Notes under the pieces: model-generated
The model's database searches: none
The model's input: only the letters and a program-made list of their open reading frames with translations
What the model was told of the DNA's origin: nothing
Virus record (IMG/VR): IMGVR_UViG_3300044711_000109
Location: 1-46,844 of that record
Source: a virus
DNA: 46,844 nt
Reading direction: 5' to 3' (one strand)
Part shown: positions 1-7,734 of the stretch, in pieces
Layout of the letters: every line of letters starts with the position of its first letter
How positions within the stretch are numbered: position 1 is the stretch's first letter
Made by a program: the position numbers and the translations under genes

Positions 1-127
1 TCGAGCAGCGCTTCGAGCAACCGCCACCCCTTTTCGTTCACTCGGCGCTTTGCGTCCGCCGCGGCGAACCGGATGGCGACGCGCTTTTGAATGCCCTCCT
101 GCACCCAAGCGGAGAGCAGCTCGATCA
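1..127. repeat. Terminal direct repeat, identical to 46718..46844 (circular-assembly overlap or true terminal redundancy)
   Basis: Read directly: bases 1-127 (tcgagcagcgcttcgagcaacc...ggagagcagctcgatca) recur exactly at 46718-46844. Confidence 0.95.
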
Positions 128-293
128 GCGGCCGGTGCCTGCCGGTGCGGCGCAGGCGGACGGCCTCGGTCGTGCGATCCAGGCGCTCGGCGATCTCGCC
201 CGGCTTCCATTCGCAGCCCTCCAGGACGCCGATGAGAAGGTCCACCTCGTCGTAGAACCCTTTGTCGTACTTTCGTGCGCGGGGCGGTGGCAT
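1..293 (-). CDS. Terminase small subunit, N-terminal part (gene crosses the circular junction and continues as 46405..46717)
   Basis: ATG at 293 (minus) gives MPPPRARKYDKGFYDEVDLLIGVLEGCEWKPGEIAERLDRTTEAVRLRRTG..., in frame with the 46405..46821 ORF through the 127-bp overlap. It has an HTH-like segment and lies directly upstream of the large terminase. Confidence 0.5.
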   Translation of the reverse strand, partial: MPPPRARKYDKGFYDEVDLLIGVLEGCEWKPGEIAERLDRTTEAVRLRRTGRHRPLIELLSAWVQEGIQKRVAIRFAAADAKRRVNEKGWRLLEALL

Positions 294-359
294 CGCCTGC
301 ACGTTGAGGGACGAACTTGCGATTCGTCAAGACTCCGGACCGCGAATGAACGAACACTC

Positions 360-368
360 TGTTAGAAT
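360..368 (+). promoter_or_regulatory. Extended -10 box TGtTAGAAT for the rightward small-gene operon
   Basis: TGTTAGAAT at 360-368, 12 nt before the GTG at 381, with no Shine-Dalgarno sequence in between. It sits in the divergent gap between TerS (-) and the 381 ORF (+). Confidence 0.4.
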
Positions 369-380
369 GCCGCCCAATGT

Positions 381-713
381 GTGAGCCGTCGCAGCGGTCG
401 ATACGCAAGCCTGGCGGCGGACGCGCTGCTGTTTGCGATTACGTCGTTGGTGCGTTTTGTACCTTCGAACAGGTCAAGCTGGACGGGAGCGATCACGCGG
501 CGTTCTGCGGGCACCTACTGCCAGAGTGTAGGAGTCGCGCGCGTGCCTGAGCAGACGTGCCAGAACCCCGACGCACCCTGCGCCGCTGTAGCCCGCTACT
601 ACTGGCGCGGCATGAAGCTCTGCCGGATGTGCTGCCTGCGGTTCAAGCGGCACGGCGACGGAAAGCGGCTGAAGCCGTGGGCCGCGCTGCAACGAAAGGG
701 GCGTAATCCATGA
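381..713 (+). CDS. Hypothetical protein with a C-terminal Cys-rich zinc-ribbon-like motif
   Basis: Six-frame ORF. C-terminus is CQNPDAPCAAVARYYWRGMKLCRMCCLRFKRHGD. The stop overlaps the next start (ATGA at 710-713). The N-terminal extent is uncertain. Confidence 0.45.
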   Translation: MSRRSGRYASLAADALLFAITSLVRFVPSNRSSWTGAITRRSAGTYCQSVGVARVPEQTCQNPDAPCAAVARYYWRGMKLCRMCCLRFKRHGDGKRLKPWAALQRKGRNP

Positions 714-1207
714 CCGCCCCTCTACTCTCCGGAATCATTTATCGCGTGAAGTACCGCGCAAAAGTGAACATCGAAGACTTCAAAGGTCAAATCTACGGCT
801 ACATCCCGGAGGAAAGAATGAACAAACCGAAGCTGAACCCGATGCCGGGGCGCGTCGTCGTCGAGCTGGTCGACCGCATGACCGAGTTCCCTGGCAGTGG
901 GCTCGTGATGGACAACCGCTACCAGTACCAGCCGTACATCGGCACCATAGTTGCCTTCGGAGACCCGACCGACGAAGAAGAGGCTTCGTTGATCGCGCAG
1001 GCAAAGGAGCGCACCGCGAACGGCGAGCGGTTCATTTTCACGTGGGGCAACGGGACCGATTACAGCTCTCCACAGATGATGGAGTTCCCCGGCAAAGATC
1101 GCGACGTGCCGCGGTTCTGGTGGCTCGCGAAGCTGCGCGTCTTCCGCATCAAGGACCTCGCGGCCAGCATCTCCGGCGGCGATGAGTTGGGAGGCAGCGA
1201 TGTCTGA
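710..1207 (+). CDS. GroES-like co-chaperonin (Hsp10 family) homologue
   Basis: LNPMPGRVVVELVD..GSGLVM..IGTIVAFGD..GERFIFTWGNG..LRVFRIKDLAASI parallels E. coli GroES IRPLHDRVIVK..AGGIVL..GEVLAVG..GDIVIFNDGYG..DILAIV. An alternative start is ATG 818, directly behind GGAGG. Confidence 0.55.
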   Translation: MTAPLLSGIIYRVKYRAKVNIEDFKGQIYGYIPEERMNKPKLNPMPGRVVVELVDRMTEFPGSGLVMDNRYQYQPYIGTIVAFGDPTDEEEASLIAQAKERTANGERFIFTWGNGTDYSSPQMMEFPGKDRDVPRFWWLAKLRVFRIKDLAASISGGDELGGSDV

Positions 1208-1406
1208 CGTACTCGAAGAAGTCACCGTCACGCATTGCCTGACCGAGATTTTCAAGGCGGTCGCAGATGCTCATGATGGCGGCAAGCGGTTACCGGCCGA
1301 CCTGCGCAAGACGTACGAATTGGAGATGAGCAGACCAGTCATGGTTCGATTCTACGAACGCCTCGTGTCGGCGCGGAATGCGGAGCTGGGAGGGTCGGAT
1401 GTCTGA
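1200..1406 (+). CDS. Hypothetical protein (68 aa)
   Basis: ATG 1200 follows GGGAGG. Start and stop overlap with the upstream gene (ATGTCTGA). Third-position GC is high. Confidence 0.6.
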   Translation: MSDVLEEVTVTHCLTEIFKAVADAHDGGKRLPADLRKTYELEMSRPVMVRFYERLVSARNAELGGSDV

Positions 1407-1584
1407 ATCGCCGAATCTCTACCGTGGTCGGGTCCGCATCGCTCCAGAGACCGCCGAGGAGTGGAAACGCGTCGGAGTTCCCTCCGGAGTCGCTGAGGAC
1501 ATTGGGAGGCATCTCGTCAAGGCGGCTCTGCACGTTTGGGAGCCGGGCGCCACTATTGTCATCACAAGCGACGTGCGAATTTGA
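1399..1584 (+). CDS. Hypothetical protein (61 aa)
   Basis: ATG 1399 follows GGGAGGG, with the same ATGTCTGA overlap junction as at 1200. Confidence 0.6.
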   Translation: MSESPNLYRGRVRIAPETAEEWKRVGVPSGVAEDIGRHLVKAALHVWEPGATIVITSDVRI

Positions 1585-1616
1585 AGACGCCGAAGAAGTA
1601 CCACCTAGAGGGTCGG

Positions 1617-1724
1617 ATGTTTGACGAAGATTGGTCTGCCTGGGCACGCCTCAGTCTCTCCGCCGCGGCGCTTTGTGGCGCGATCATCCTCCTGGTGGTC
1701 GCCCTGGTGATGGCGGCGAAATGA
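1617..1724 (+). CDS. Small membrane protein (35 aa, one predicted TM helix)
   Basis: ATG 1617 follows AGAGGG. Product is MFDEDWSAWARLSLSAAALCGAIILLVVALVMAAK. Confidence 0.5.
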   Translation: MFDEDWSAWARLSLSAAALCGAIILLVVALVMAAK

Positions 1725-2041
1725 CCACCCAACCCCTCTCTTCCCGCATCCGCGAAGCCTTCAGCGTAAGCGCGATCGACTTCTCCTCCGCGCCGGGATT
1801 CTGGCGGAAACTCACTCTCGCCTGCCTGTGGTGCTTTTATCGCTGCCTGAACCTCATCGGATTCAGCCATCTCAACAAGATTCACGTCGACTGCGAAGCC
1901 GCGCTCGTCCCGGCCGTCGAGATGTTTGGCGACTCTGGCGACTTCGCGGCGGTCTACAACTTCCAGGCTACCGATGGCCAGATTTTCACGGTCATGAAGG
2001 TCCGCGGGCCGCTCGGATGGACGGAGAACCATCATGTCTAA
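1721..2041 (+). CDS. Hypothetical protein (106 aa)
   Basis: ATG 1721 overlaps the upstream stop (ATGA). It is an internal start of the 1631..2041 track ORF. Confidence 0.6.
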   Translation: MTTQPLSSRIREAFSVSAIDFSSAPGFWRKLTLACLWCFYRCLNLIGFSHLNKIHVDCEAALVPAVEMFGDSGDFAAVYNFQATDGQIFTVMKVRGPLGWTENHHV

Positions 2042-2378
2042 CCTTCCATTTTCGAGAATCCAGTGGGCCATGCGCGGCCAGCCAGGCCAGCGCGCGCCAA
2101 AGCGCCCCGTCATCACGGCCTACGACGGCGAGGGCGGATTCGCGTTCCGCCTCGAGCACCCCGTCGACGTCGAGTTCATGACCCGGCTCATCATGGGCGG
2201 GCTCGCCAAGATCAGCGAAGAGCAGGAGAAGCGGCGGCGGCAGGCCTCAGCGGATGCGGGTGGCGATCAGCGAGAGGACGCCGGCGCCACTATTGAACCG
2301 GCACCCGCCGACACCGAGCACGTCGACGAGGCGCCGGCTGGCGCACACCAGGACAACTTCCCGGCGGCCGGAGTTTAG
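2034..2378 (+). CDS. Hypothetical protein with an acidic C-terminal tail (114 aa)
   Basis: ATG 2034 overlaps the upstream gene by 8 nt. The C-terminal half is rich in D/E/A/P. Confidence 0.6.
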   Translation: MSNLPFSRIQWAMRGQPGQRAPKRPVITAYDGEGGFAFRLEHPVDVEFMTRLIMGGLAKISEEQEKRRRQASADAGGDQREDAGATIEPAPADTEHVDEAPAGAHQDNFPAAGV

Positions 2379-2409
2379 CCAGAAAATCTCGATTCGCCAG
2401 CCCATTCGC

Positions 2410-2658
2410 TTACCCCACGATCACCCACCCGACGGTGCTGCTGTCGGCGGTCTGGATGCTGAGCAGCCCTAACTGGTTCGAGTTGATAACGAAGGACGTC
2501 CCCGGCGTGATCGTGCCGACAGAGAGCCCGGCTCCAGGCGTGCCTGCCGGAGTTTGCGTTGTCAGGACCACAATCATTCCGGCCTTCGCGGCGGTGGTTT
2601 GCACCGTAACCGTTCCGAGGGCGAGCGTTGCCGTTCCTGCCGCTGTGATTTTCGCCAT
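2410..2658 (-). CDS. Small beta-rich protein downstream of the tail fibre (possible fibre-tip-like or assembly factor)
   Basis: ATG 2658 lies 1 nt after the fibre stop. Composition is T/G/A/V-rich, and the C-terminus ...STVGWVIVG echoes the fibre C-terminus ...LSKWIVTATN. Confidence 0.5.
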   Translation of the reverse strand: MAKITAAGTATLALGTVTVQTTAAKAGMIVVLTTQTPAGTPGAGLSVGTITPGTSFVINSNQLGLLSIQTADSSTVGWVIVG

Positions 2659-2659
2659 A

Positions 2660-3700
2660 TTAGTTCGTCGCCGTCACGATCCACTTCGACAGGCCACCAT
2701 CGTAGATGAAACTCGCCGACGATGTGCCCGCCCGCAGAACGATGTCCGCGCCGGTCAAGGTCTGAATCTGATTCGCCGCGACGGACGTGGCGGTGTTCGT
2801 CAGCGTCATCTGCTGCGCCGTGGTGTTGAAGATGACGAGCGTCTGACCATCGGTCCCCGCCGCGAACCCCGTGACGCTGAACGCGCCGGTCGGACCGGTG
2901 ATGCGCACGAATCCCGCGTTGGCGATCGCCAGGTCGTTGTTCGCGCCGTTGGCCAACGTCAGCGGCTTGTTGGGGAAGACGGTGGAGGTGGCGAACGACG
3001 CCCGCTGTGAAGTATCGAGCGTCAGCGCGGCGAGCGAGTTCGTTCCGAGGATGATCGGCTTAGATCCAAAGGTGTCGATCACGAGCCCGTTGCCGGCCGT
3101 CACGACGATCTCGCTATAGCCCCCGAGGGTGACTCCACATCTCGCCACCACGCGCGCCGTACCGTGCGAAACCATGTTGCAGTTCGCCGTGTCGGCGAGC
3201 GTTCGAATGGCCGCCTGCGCCGTCGTCCCGGAATTGTTCGTGTTGTTGACCACCCACAAGGTCTGCTGGTTGGCCGCGTCGACGGTGACGATGAACATCC
3301 CGGCCGTTGCGGATGGAGCCGAACCGGCGCCGATGTTCCCGGAGGTCTGGAGGGTGTCGGTTGTAGGGGCCGTCATCGCCGGCGCGGTCAGCGTCTTCCC
3401 GCTGAGCGTCTGCGTGTCGGTGTCGCCGACGATCGCCCCAGACGGCGCCGTGACGGCCGAAAGCACGCCCGCGGCGAGCTTCGCGATGCCCGTGAGCGCG
3501 GCTCGCTTGAGCGTCTTCCCGCCCGTCCCGCTGAACAGCGCGACCTCGGAATCGATCGAGGCGGCCGGCCCGGTGACGTCGCCGACGCCGGACGGATCGG
3601 TGAGGAAGCTCCGGAGCTGAGCGGTCGTGATCTGCTCATCGACCCGCAGATCGGGGTCCTTGACCAAGAGCCACGGCCAGAAGAGCTTCCGGAAAGCCAC
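2660..3700 (-). CDS. Tail fibre / receptor-binding protein
   Basis: 346 aa. The GTG start abuts the upstream stop. It carries the SEVALFSGTGGKTLKRA motif typical of phage fibre N-terminal regions, followed by a long T/S/G/A/N-rich beta-type body. Confidence 0.6.
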   Translation of the reverse strand: MAFRKLFWPWLLVKDPDLRVDEQITTAQLRSFLTDPSGVGDVTGPAASIDSEVALFSGTGGKTLKRAALTGIAKLAAGVLSAVTAPSGAIVGDTDTQTLSGKTLTAPAMTAPTTDTLQTSGNIGAGSAPSATAGMFIVTVDAANQQTLWVVNNTNNSGTTAQAAIRTLADTANCNMVSHGTARVVARCGVTLGGYSEIVVTAGNGLVIDTFGSKPIILGTNSLAALTLDTSQRASFATSTVFPNKPLTLANGANNDLAIANAGFVRITGPTGAFSVTGFAAGTDGQTLVIFNTTAQQMTLTNTATSVAANQIQTLTGADIVLRAGTSSASFIYDGGLSKWIVTATN

Positions 3701-3922
3701 CTACACGGACTCCGGCAGTTCGTCAACGGCGTCCGCTTTGTCGGGCGGCTCCACGTACCCGCCGAGGTCGATCTTCATCTCTTCGAGACCGAAGACGCGC
3801 GGATCACCAACCAACAACTCGACGAGACTGTCCATCAACGCGGCTCGCTGCTCTTCGGTGGTGTCCCTGCGGAAGCGAATCGCGAAAATCCCGCGGTAAC
3901 CGGGCTGGGGTTCGGCGCTCAC
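3701..3922 (-). CDS. Hypothetical protein (73 aa)
   Basis: GTG 3922 overlaps the upstream stop (GTGA), and the stop abuts the fibre start. It is an internal start of the 3701..4015 track ORF. Confidence 0.45.
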   Translation of the reverse strand: MSAEPQPGYRGIFAIRFRRDTTEEQRAALMDSLVELLVGDPRVFGLEEMKIDLGGYVEPPDKADAVDELPESV

Positions 3923-4167
3923 CGCAGGCCCCAGTCTTCCGCGAGCTCGGCGGGGATGCGGTAGCCGCGATGGCTGGGCGCCACCTGCGTCCACGTCCGG
4001 AACGTCCCTGGCCACGCCTGCGCGGTTTCACGGTAGACCCTGTCCTGTTCGTCGGAGAGGATCTTCTCGAACTCGGCCCAACTCAGACGCCTCGGACGCT
4101 TCGGCAGGAACCGCAGAAACGGCGCCAGAATCGTTCCCAGGATCAGACCACGTCGGGTGATGTTCAT
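3919..4167 (-). CDS. Small protein with a Tat-signal-like N-terminus (82 aa)
   Basis: ATG 4167 overlaps the upstream stop (ATGA). N-terminus is MNITRRGLILGTILAPFL (T-R-R-x-L-I-L plus a hydrophobic stretch). Confidence 0.5.
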   Translation of the reverse strand: MNITRRGLILGTILAPFLRFLPKRPRRLSWAEFEKILSDEQDRVYRETAQAWPGTFRTWTQVAPSHRGYRIPAELAEDWGLR

Positions 4168-4592
4168 GCCGATTTCTCCATCCCACGCGTGCAGACGCAC
4201 CCAGCAAGCCCGCGCGCCATGCATCCGAAGGTCGCGCCGTGCGTGGAAAGCGGATCGTGGCAGTCCGGGCACACCGCAACCGTCGCGTACTCGAGATGAA
4301 AAACCTTCAGCCGCTCCGAAGGAATTGGCTGACCAGCAAGGCCGAGAAGCTCGTTGATGTGGCTCCGAATCGGTGACGGCTGCGACATCCCCGGCTGCGG
4401 AAGTCGCCGCTGATGAACAAGTGGCCGGACGCTGCGCGCCGCCTCCCCAGCCGCGCGCTCCTTGAAAGCCCCCTGGAGCCACCCGTTGAGTGCTTCGCGT
4501 AGGCTGGCGTCTACCTCACTCGTGACTTCTACACCATAGCTCTCGAACACCGTTCGAATCGACATGAGGAGGTCCGCCAGCTCGATTCTCAT
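4164..4592 (-). CDS. Hypothetical protein with a Cys/His-rich C-terminus (142 aa)
   Basis: This is the track ORF. ATG 4592 lies 6 nt downstream of a TAGAAT box. The C-terminus contains CPDCHDPLSTHGATFGCMARGLAGCVC. Confidence 0.55.
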   Translation of the reverse strand: MRIELADLLMSIRTVFESYGVEVTSEVDASLREALNGWLQGAFKERAAGEAARSVRPLVHQRRLPQPGMSQPSPIRSHINELLGLAGQPIPSERLKVFHLEYATVAVCPDCHDPLSTHGATFGCMARGLAGCVCTRGMEKSA

Positions 4593-4598
4593 GCGCCG

Positions 4599-4604
4599 AT
4601 TCTA
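4599..4604 (-). promoter_or_regulatory. -10 box TAGAAT for the tail-fibre cassette (leaderless-type start)
   Basis: Minus strand reads ...gtggagaaggggTAGAATcggcgcATG. No Shine-Dalgarno sequence is present and the -35 is weak. Confidence 0.4.
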
Positions 4605-4633
4605 CCCCTTCTCCACTTGCGATCCACGAATAA

Positions 4634-4660
4634 CAAAAACGCCGCCCTTTCGAGCGGCGC
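4634..4660 (-). terminator. Rho-independent terminator of the leftward early operon
   Basis: Minus strand reads CGCCGC-tcgaaagg-GCGGCG followed by TTTTTG, downstream of the 4799..5101 gene. Confidence 0.7.
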
Positions 4661-4798
4661 CGACTCCCCAAAGTCGATGCTGACGAATCCCCTTCCCTGG
4701 GTGTCAACATTGTTGGGAAACACTGAAAAGAGCGATGACGTCGACGCTACACGCGGAACGTGCCCGGAAGCCTACAACTCAACGCACCGCAGCGCAAG

Positions 4799-5101
4799 CT
4801 ACCAGCGGCGCGGATAGTCGGTCGGAACGGGCGGCGCGCTCGGCCCGATGGCTTCCGGAAGGGGCGGATTGATGCGGTTTAGCGCGTTGTCGATGTCCTG
4901 GATTTCGCGATCGGCTGCGCGGCCCCTCGCCTGAGCCTCTTCCCGGCACTTCATCAACGTCTCACGCATGGCGTCGAGATCGCGATGCACGCGAGCCCAA
5001 ACCGGGAGCGATTCGGAGGCTTTTCCGAGCCCCGCGAGTCCCACAACACCCGAACTGCCACTGACGAGTCCACCACGTACGTCCCGCTGATATTCGTCCA
5101 T
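4799..5101 (-). CDS. Hypothetical protein (100 aa)
   Basis: ATG 5101 follows AAGGAGAGCGGATCA. The track ORF stays open up to 5527, but codon third positions become AT-rich between about 5101 and 5290. Confidence 0.55.
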   Translation of the reverse strand: MDEYQRDVRGGLVSGSSGVVGLAGLGKASESLPVWARVHRDLDAMRETLMKCREEAQARGRAADREIQDIDNALNRINPPLPEAIGPSAPPVPTDYPRRW

Positions 5102-5396
5102 TGATCCGCTCTCCTTGGCCGCAATCCTACCACCTTGCGATTCTCGACGGCTCACAGGCATCTCACCAATTTTTCTTTCATCGTGCGTAGGGAATTTCCG
5201 CCGCCCCCTCACCTCCCATACGGGGGAGGGGGTCCCGGCATGGTCTCGTGACCTGGCCGGCTGGTCCTGCTGCGCGCTTTGATGCCAACTCTTTCGCGTT
5301 TCAGCATGCGGCGGGGAGGGAAGGTGCGAGCAATTCGATGCCAGCTCGGCGCAACGCTTTTCGCGTGCCAGCTTCAGTGCGCGGCCTTGCGAATTC

Positions 5397-5792
5397 TCAG
5401 GCTCGAGCGCGGGGCGGTTCGGGTGGGGGCTCGAGGGCTTCAGGGAAACGCTTCGAGGGATGTCCAGTCCCTCGGGCATCACCACCTTTCGAATCGAAGT
5501 CACTGGTACATTTTCTCCCACCGGCATTCATTCGCGCTGAGGGGGAGAGGGGAATGCGGCCGGCGCGGGTCGAACTCCATCCGAGGTTTTCGAGCATGCG
5601 GATGGTGCTCGGCTTTTCGGGGAGGGATTTGCCGGTTTCGCGCCGCCGTCCGCGCATGTACGCGCGATGGTCTTCGGCGTTCGCGGCGCGGCATTCCGAA
5701 CAACGGCAGCCCGCTCTGTAGGATTGGATGATGCCGTGCTGCGCGGCGTCCTCCCCTCCTGGGTCCTTCCTCGCCGTGGCACATAAAACCAT
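5397..5792 (-). CDS. Putative DNA-binding protein with a GCRCxxC zinc motif
   Basis: HGIIQSYRAGCRCSECRAANAEDHRAYMRGRR followed by TIRMLENLGWSSTRAGRI. This HGxxxxYxxGCRCxxC + xRxLxxLxxxGW arrangement is common in small phage regulators. The 3' end is doubtful because coding signal fades after about 5540. Confidence 0.4.
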   Translation of the reverse strand: MVLCATARKDPGGEDAAQHGIIQSYRAGCRCSECRAANAEDHRAYMRGRRRETGKSLPEKPSTIRMLENLGWSSTRAGRIPLSPSARMNAGGRKCTSDFDSKGGDARGTGHPSKRFPEALEPPPEPPRARA

Positions 5793-5897
5793 GGATCAAC
5801 AGCGTACGCCGCTCGTCAAGTTGACAAACGTCTTCGAAATATGCCATGCGCCCGCGAACCGCTCGGAAGTTGATACATTTTCTCCCACACTCACCGA

Positions 5898-6287
5898 TCA
5901 GGGAATGGCCAGCCACGCGATGAAAGCCTCCCACGTGTCGAATCGCTGGACGTTCGGTAGGAAGCAGAAAACGGAGTTTGCTCGCCCGATGACGAAGACC
6001 GGCTTCAGTTTCGCACAGGCGTAGCCCATCTCGACGTGCTTGCCGATGCTGGCAAAGTCAGCGAAGTAAAGAACTGCGCCGGCGCGGTCGATATCCTCGA
6101 AGTCCTGGTGGGCGTAGAGCGCGCACAGATCGACGTTGCCCGATCCAAGCGGATTACACCACTCCCTGCTGTCGATCCACCGGCTCGTCACGGTGACTTC
6201 CATCTCGCGCAACTGAGCCACGCGAGGCCGAGTGATGACCCAGTCCGTACGGAATGAGCACGCGATGTAAACGCTGTTGATCTTCAT
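5898..6287 (-). CDS. Nucleoside 2-deoxyribosyltransferase-like protein (DUF4406/NDT-type fold)
   Basis: 129 aa from ATG 6287, behind GGAG. Motifs are VYIACSF...QDFEDIDRAGAVLYFADFASIGKHVEMGYACAKLKPVFVIG, which fits the D..I..aD.vv....S.G...E.G.A...gKPv signature. Confidence 0.6.
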   Translation of the reverse strand: MKINSVYIACSFRTDWVITRPRVAQLREMEVTVTSRWIDSREWCNPLGSGNVDLCALYAHQDFEDIDRAGAVLYFADFASIGKHVEMGYACAKLKPVFVIGRANSVFCFLPNVQRFDTWEAFIAWLAIP

Positions 6288-6421
6288 GGGGTCGCTCCGT
6301 CGATGGCCAGCGGGCACGCGCTCAGGTGCCGCGAGTCCCCGCAGAACTTCGAGCACCACCGGTCCTCGGCCAGCCACTGCGCGCGGATGGCGTCGACTTC
6401 GGCCTGCGTCCGTTCGGTCAC
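6284..6421 (-). CDS. Small Cys-containing protein (45 aa), absent from the ORF track
   Basis: GTG 6421 overlaps the upstream stop (GTGA), and the stop overlaps the next ATG (ATGA). Product is VTERTQAEVDAIRAQWLAEDRWCSKFCGDSRHLSACPLAIDGATP. Third-position GC is very high. Confidence 0.5.
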   Translation of the reverse strand: MTERTQAEVDAIRAQWLAEDRWCSKFCGDSRHLSACPLAIDGATP

Positions 6422-6747
6422 GAGCGCACCGCCACGGCTGCGTCGAGCGAAGCGGTGAGGAGCATGGCGCGCATGTTGATGCCGTCCTCGGCGAACTCCA
6501 GCTCTGTCATCATCAGCACGGTGATTGCGATCGCGTTTGCGGGGGGAAGCGAGGCCAGAGTCTCGACCAAATTGCGGATGCCCTCGTAGGTGCGCTCGGT
6601 GTTGGCGACGAGGATCGACGCTTGCTCCATGATGGTGTCGCGAAGGGAGCAGCGGTTGCGCAGTTCGGCCTCTTTGCGAGCTGCCAAGGCGCGAATTCCG
6701 GTAGCGGCGGAGTTGCTCTTGCGGGCGGTTGCTGTCGTGTTTTCCAT
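6418..6747 (-). CDS. Hypothetical protein (109 aa)
   Basis: ATG 6747 lies 6 nt downstream of TACATT. The alternative GTG 6768 is the track start. Confidence 0.55.
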   Translation of the reverse strand: MENTTATARKSNSAATGIRALAARKEAELRNRCSLRDTIMEQASILVANTERTYEGIRNLVETLASLPPANAIAITVLMMTELEFAEDGINMRAMLLTASLDAAVAVRS

Positions 6748-6807
6748 GCCCTCAATGTAACGCCGCACCCGTGAGAAGTCCGTCAGTGAAACATCAAATA
6801 TTCGTGA
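6745..6807 (-). promoter_or_regulatory. Conserved promoter/leader block (copy D): TCACGAATATTTGATG - CTGACGGACTTCTCACGG - TACATT - ATG
   Basis: It is homologous to 10000..10063 (+). 32 of the first 38 positions are identical, and GGCGtTAcATTG is also conserved. Confidence 0.65.
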
Positions 6808-6810
6808 GGG

Positions 6811-7731
<921 letters not shown>

Positions 7732-7734
7732 CGC

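Noticed and set aside
302-330. A possible late promoter for the terminase operon (TTGACG-N17-TCAACG on the minus strand)
   Set aside because: The -35 is good, but the -10 candidate matches the consensus at only two positions. The late operon more likely needs a phage activator, and I cannot support a promoter call here.
1343-1352. A tRNA T-loop-like string, ggttcgattc (also gggtcgaactcc at 5567-5578)
   Set aside because: The flanking bases cannot form a T-stem or an acceptor stem, and both strings lie inside reading frames with good coding signal. I see no tRNA genes in this genome.
2410-3700. A diversity-generating retroelement acting on the tail fibre
   Set aside because: I recognise no reverse-transcriptase ORF anywhere in the genome, and I found no template-repeat copy of the fibre 3' end. 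The similarity between the fibre C-terminus and the downstream 82-aa ORF is limited to a short peptide pattern.
4624-4634. CCACGAATAAC, a partial match to the TCACGAAnATT family
   Set aside because: It mismatches the conserved ATT. It overlaps the A-tract of the 4634-4660 terminator and faces no + strand gene.
5204-5232. A C/G-tract hairpin (ccccctcacctccc-atac-gggggaggggg)
   Set aside because: It is imperfect (a bulge and G:U pairs), has no U-tract on either strand, and has no clear relation to a gene end. I could not assign a function.
4799-5527. The full-length 242-aa ORF treated as one gene
   Set aside because: The stretch from about 5101 to 5290 has AT-rich third positions and contains a hairpin. 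A strong AAGGAG RBS precedes the ATG at 5101. I therefore called only 4799..5101 and flagged the upstream coding-like segment separately.
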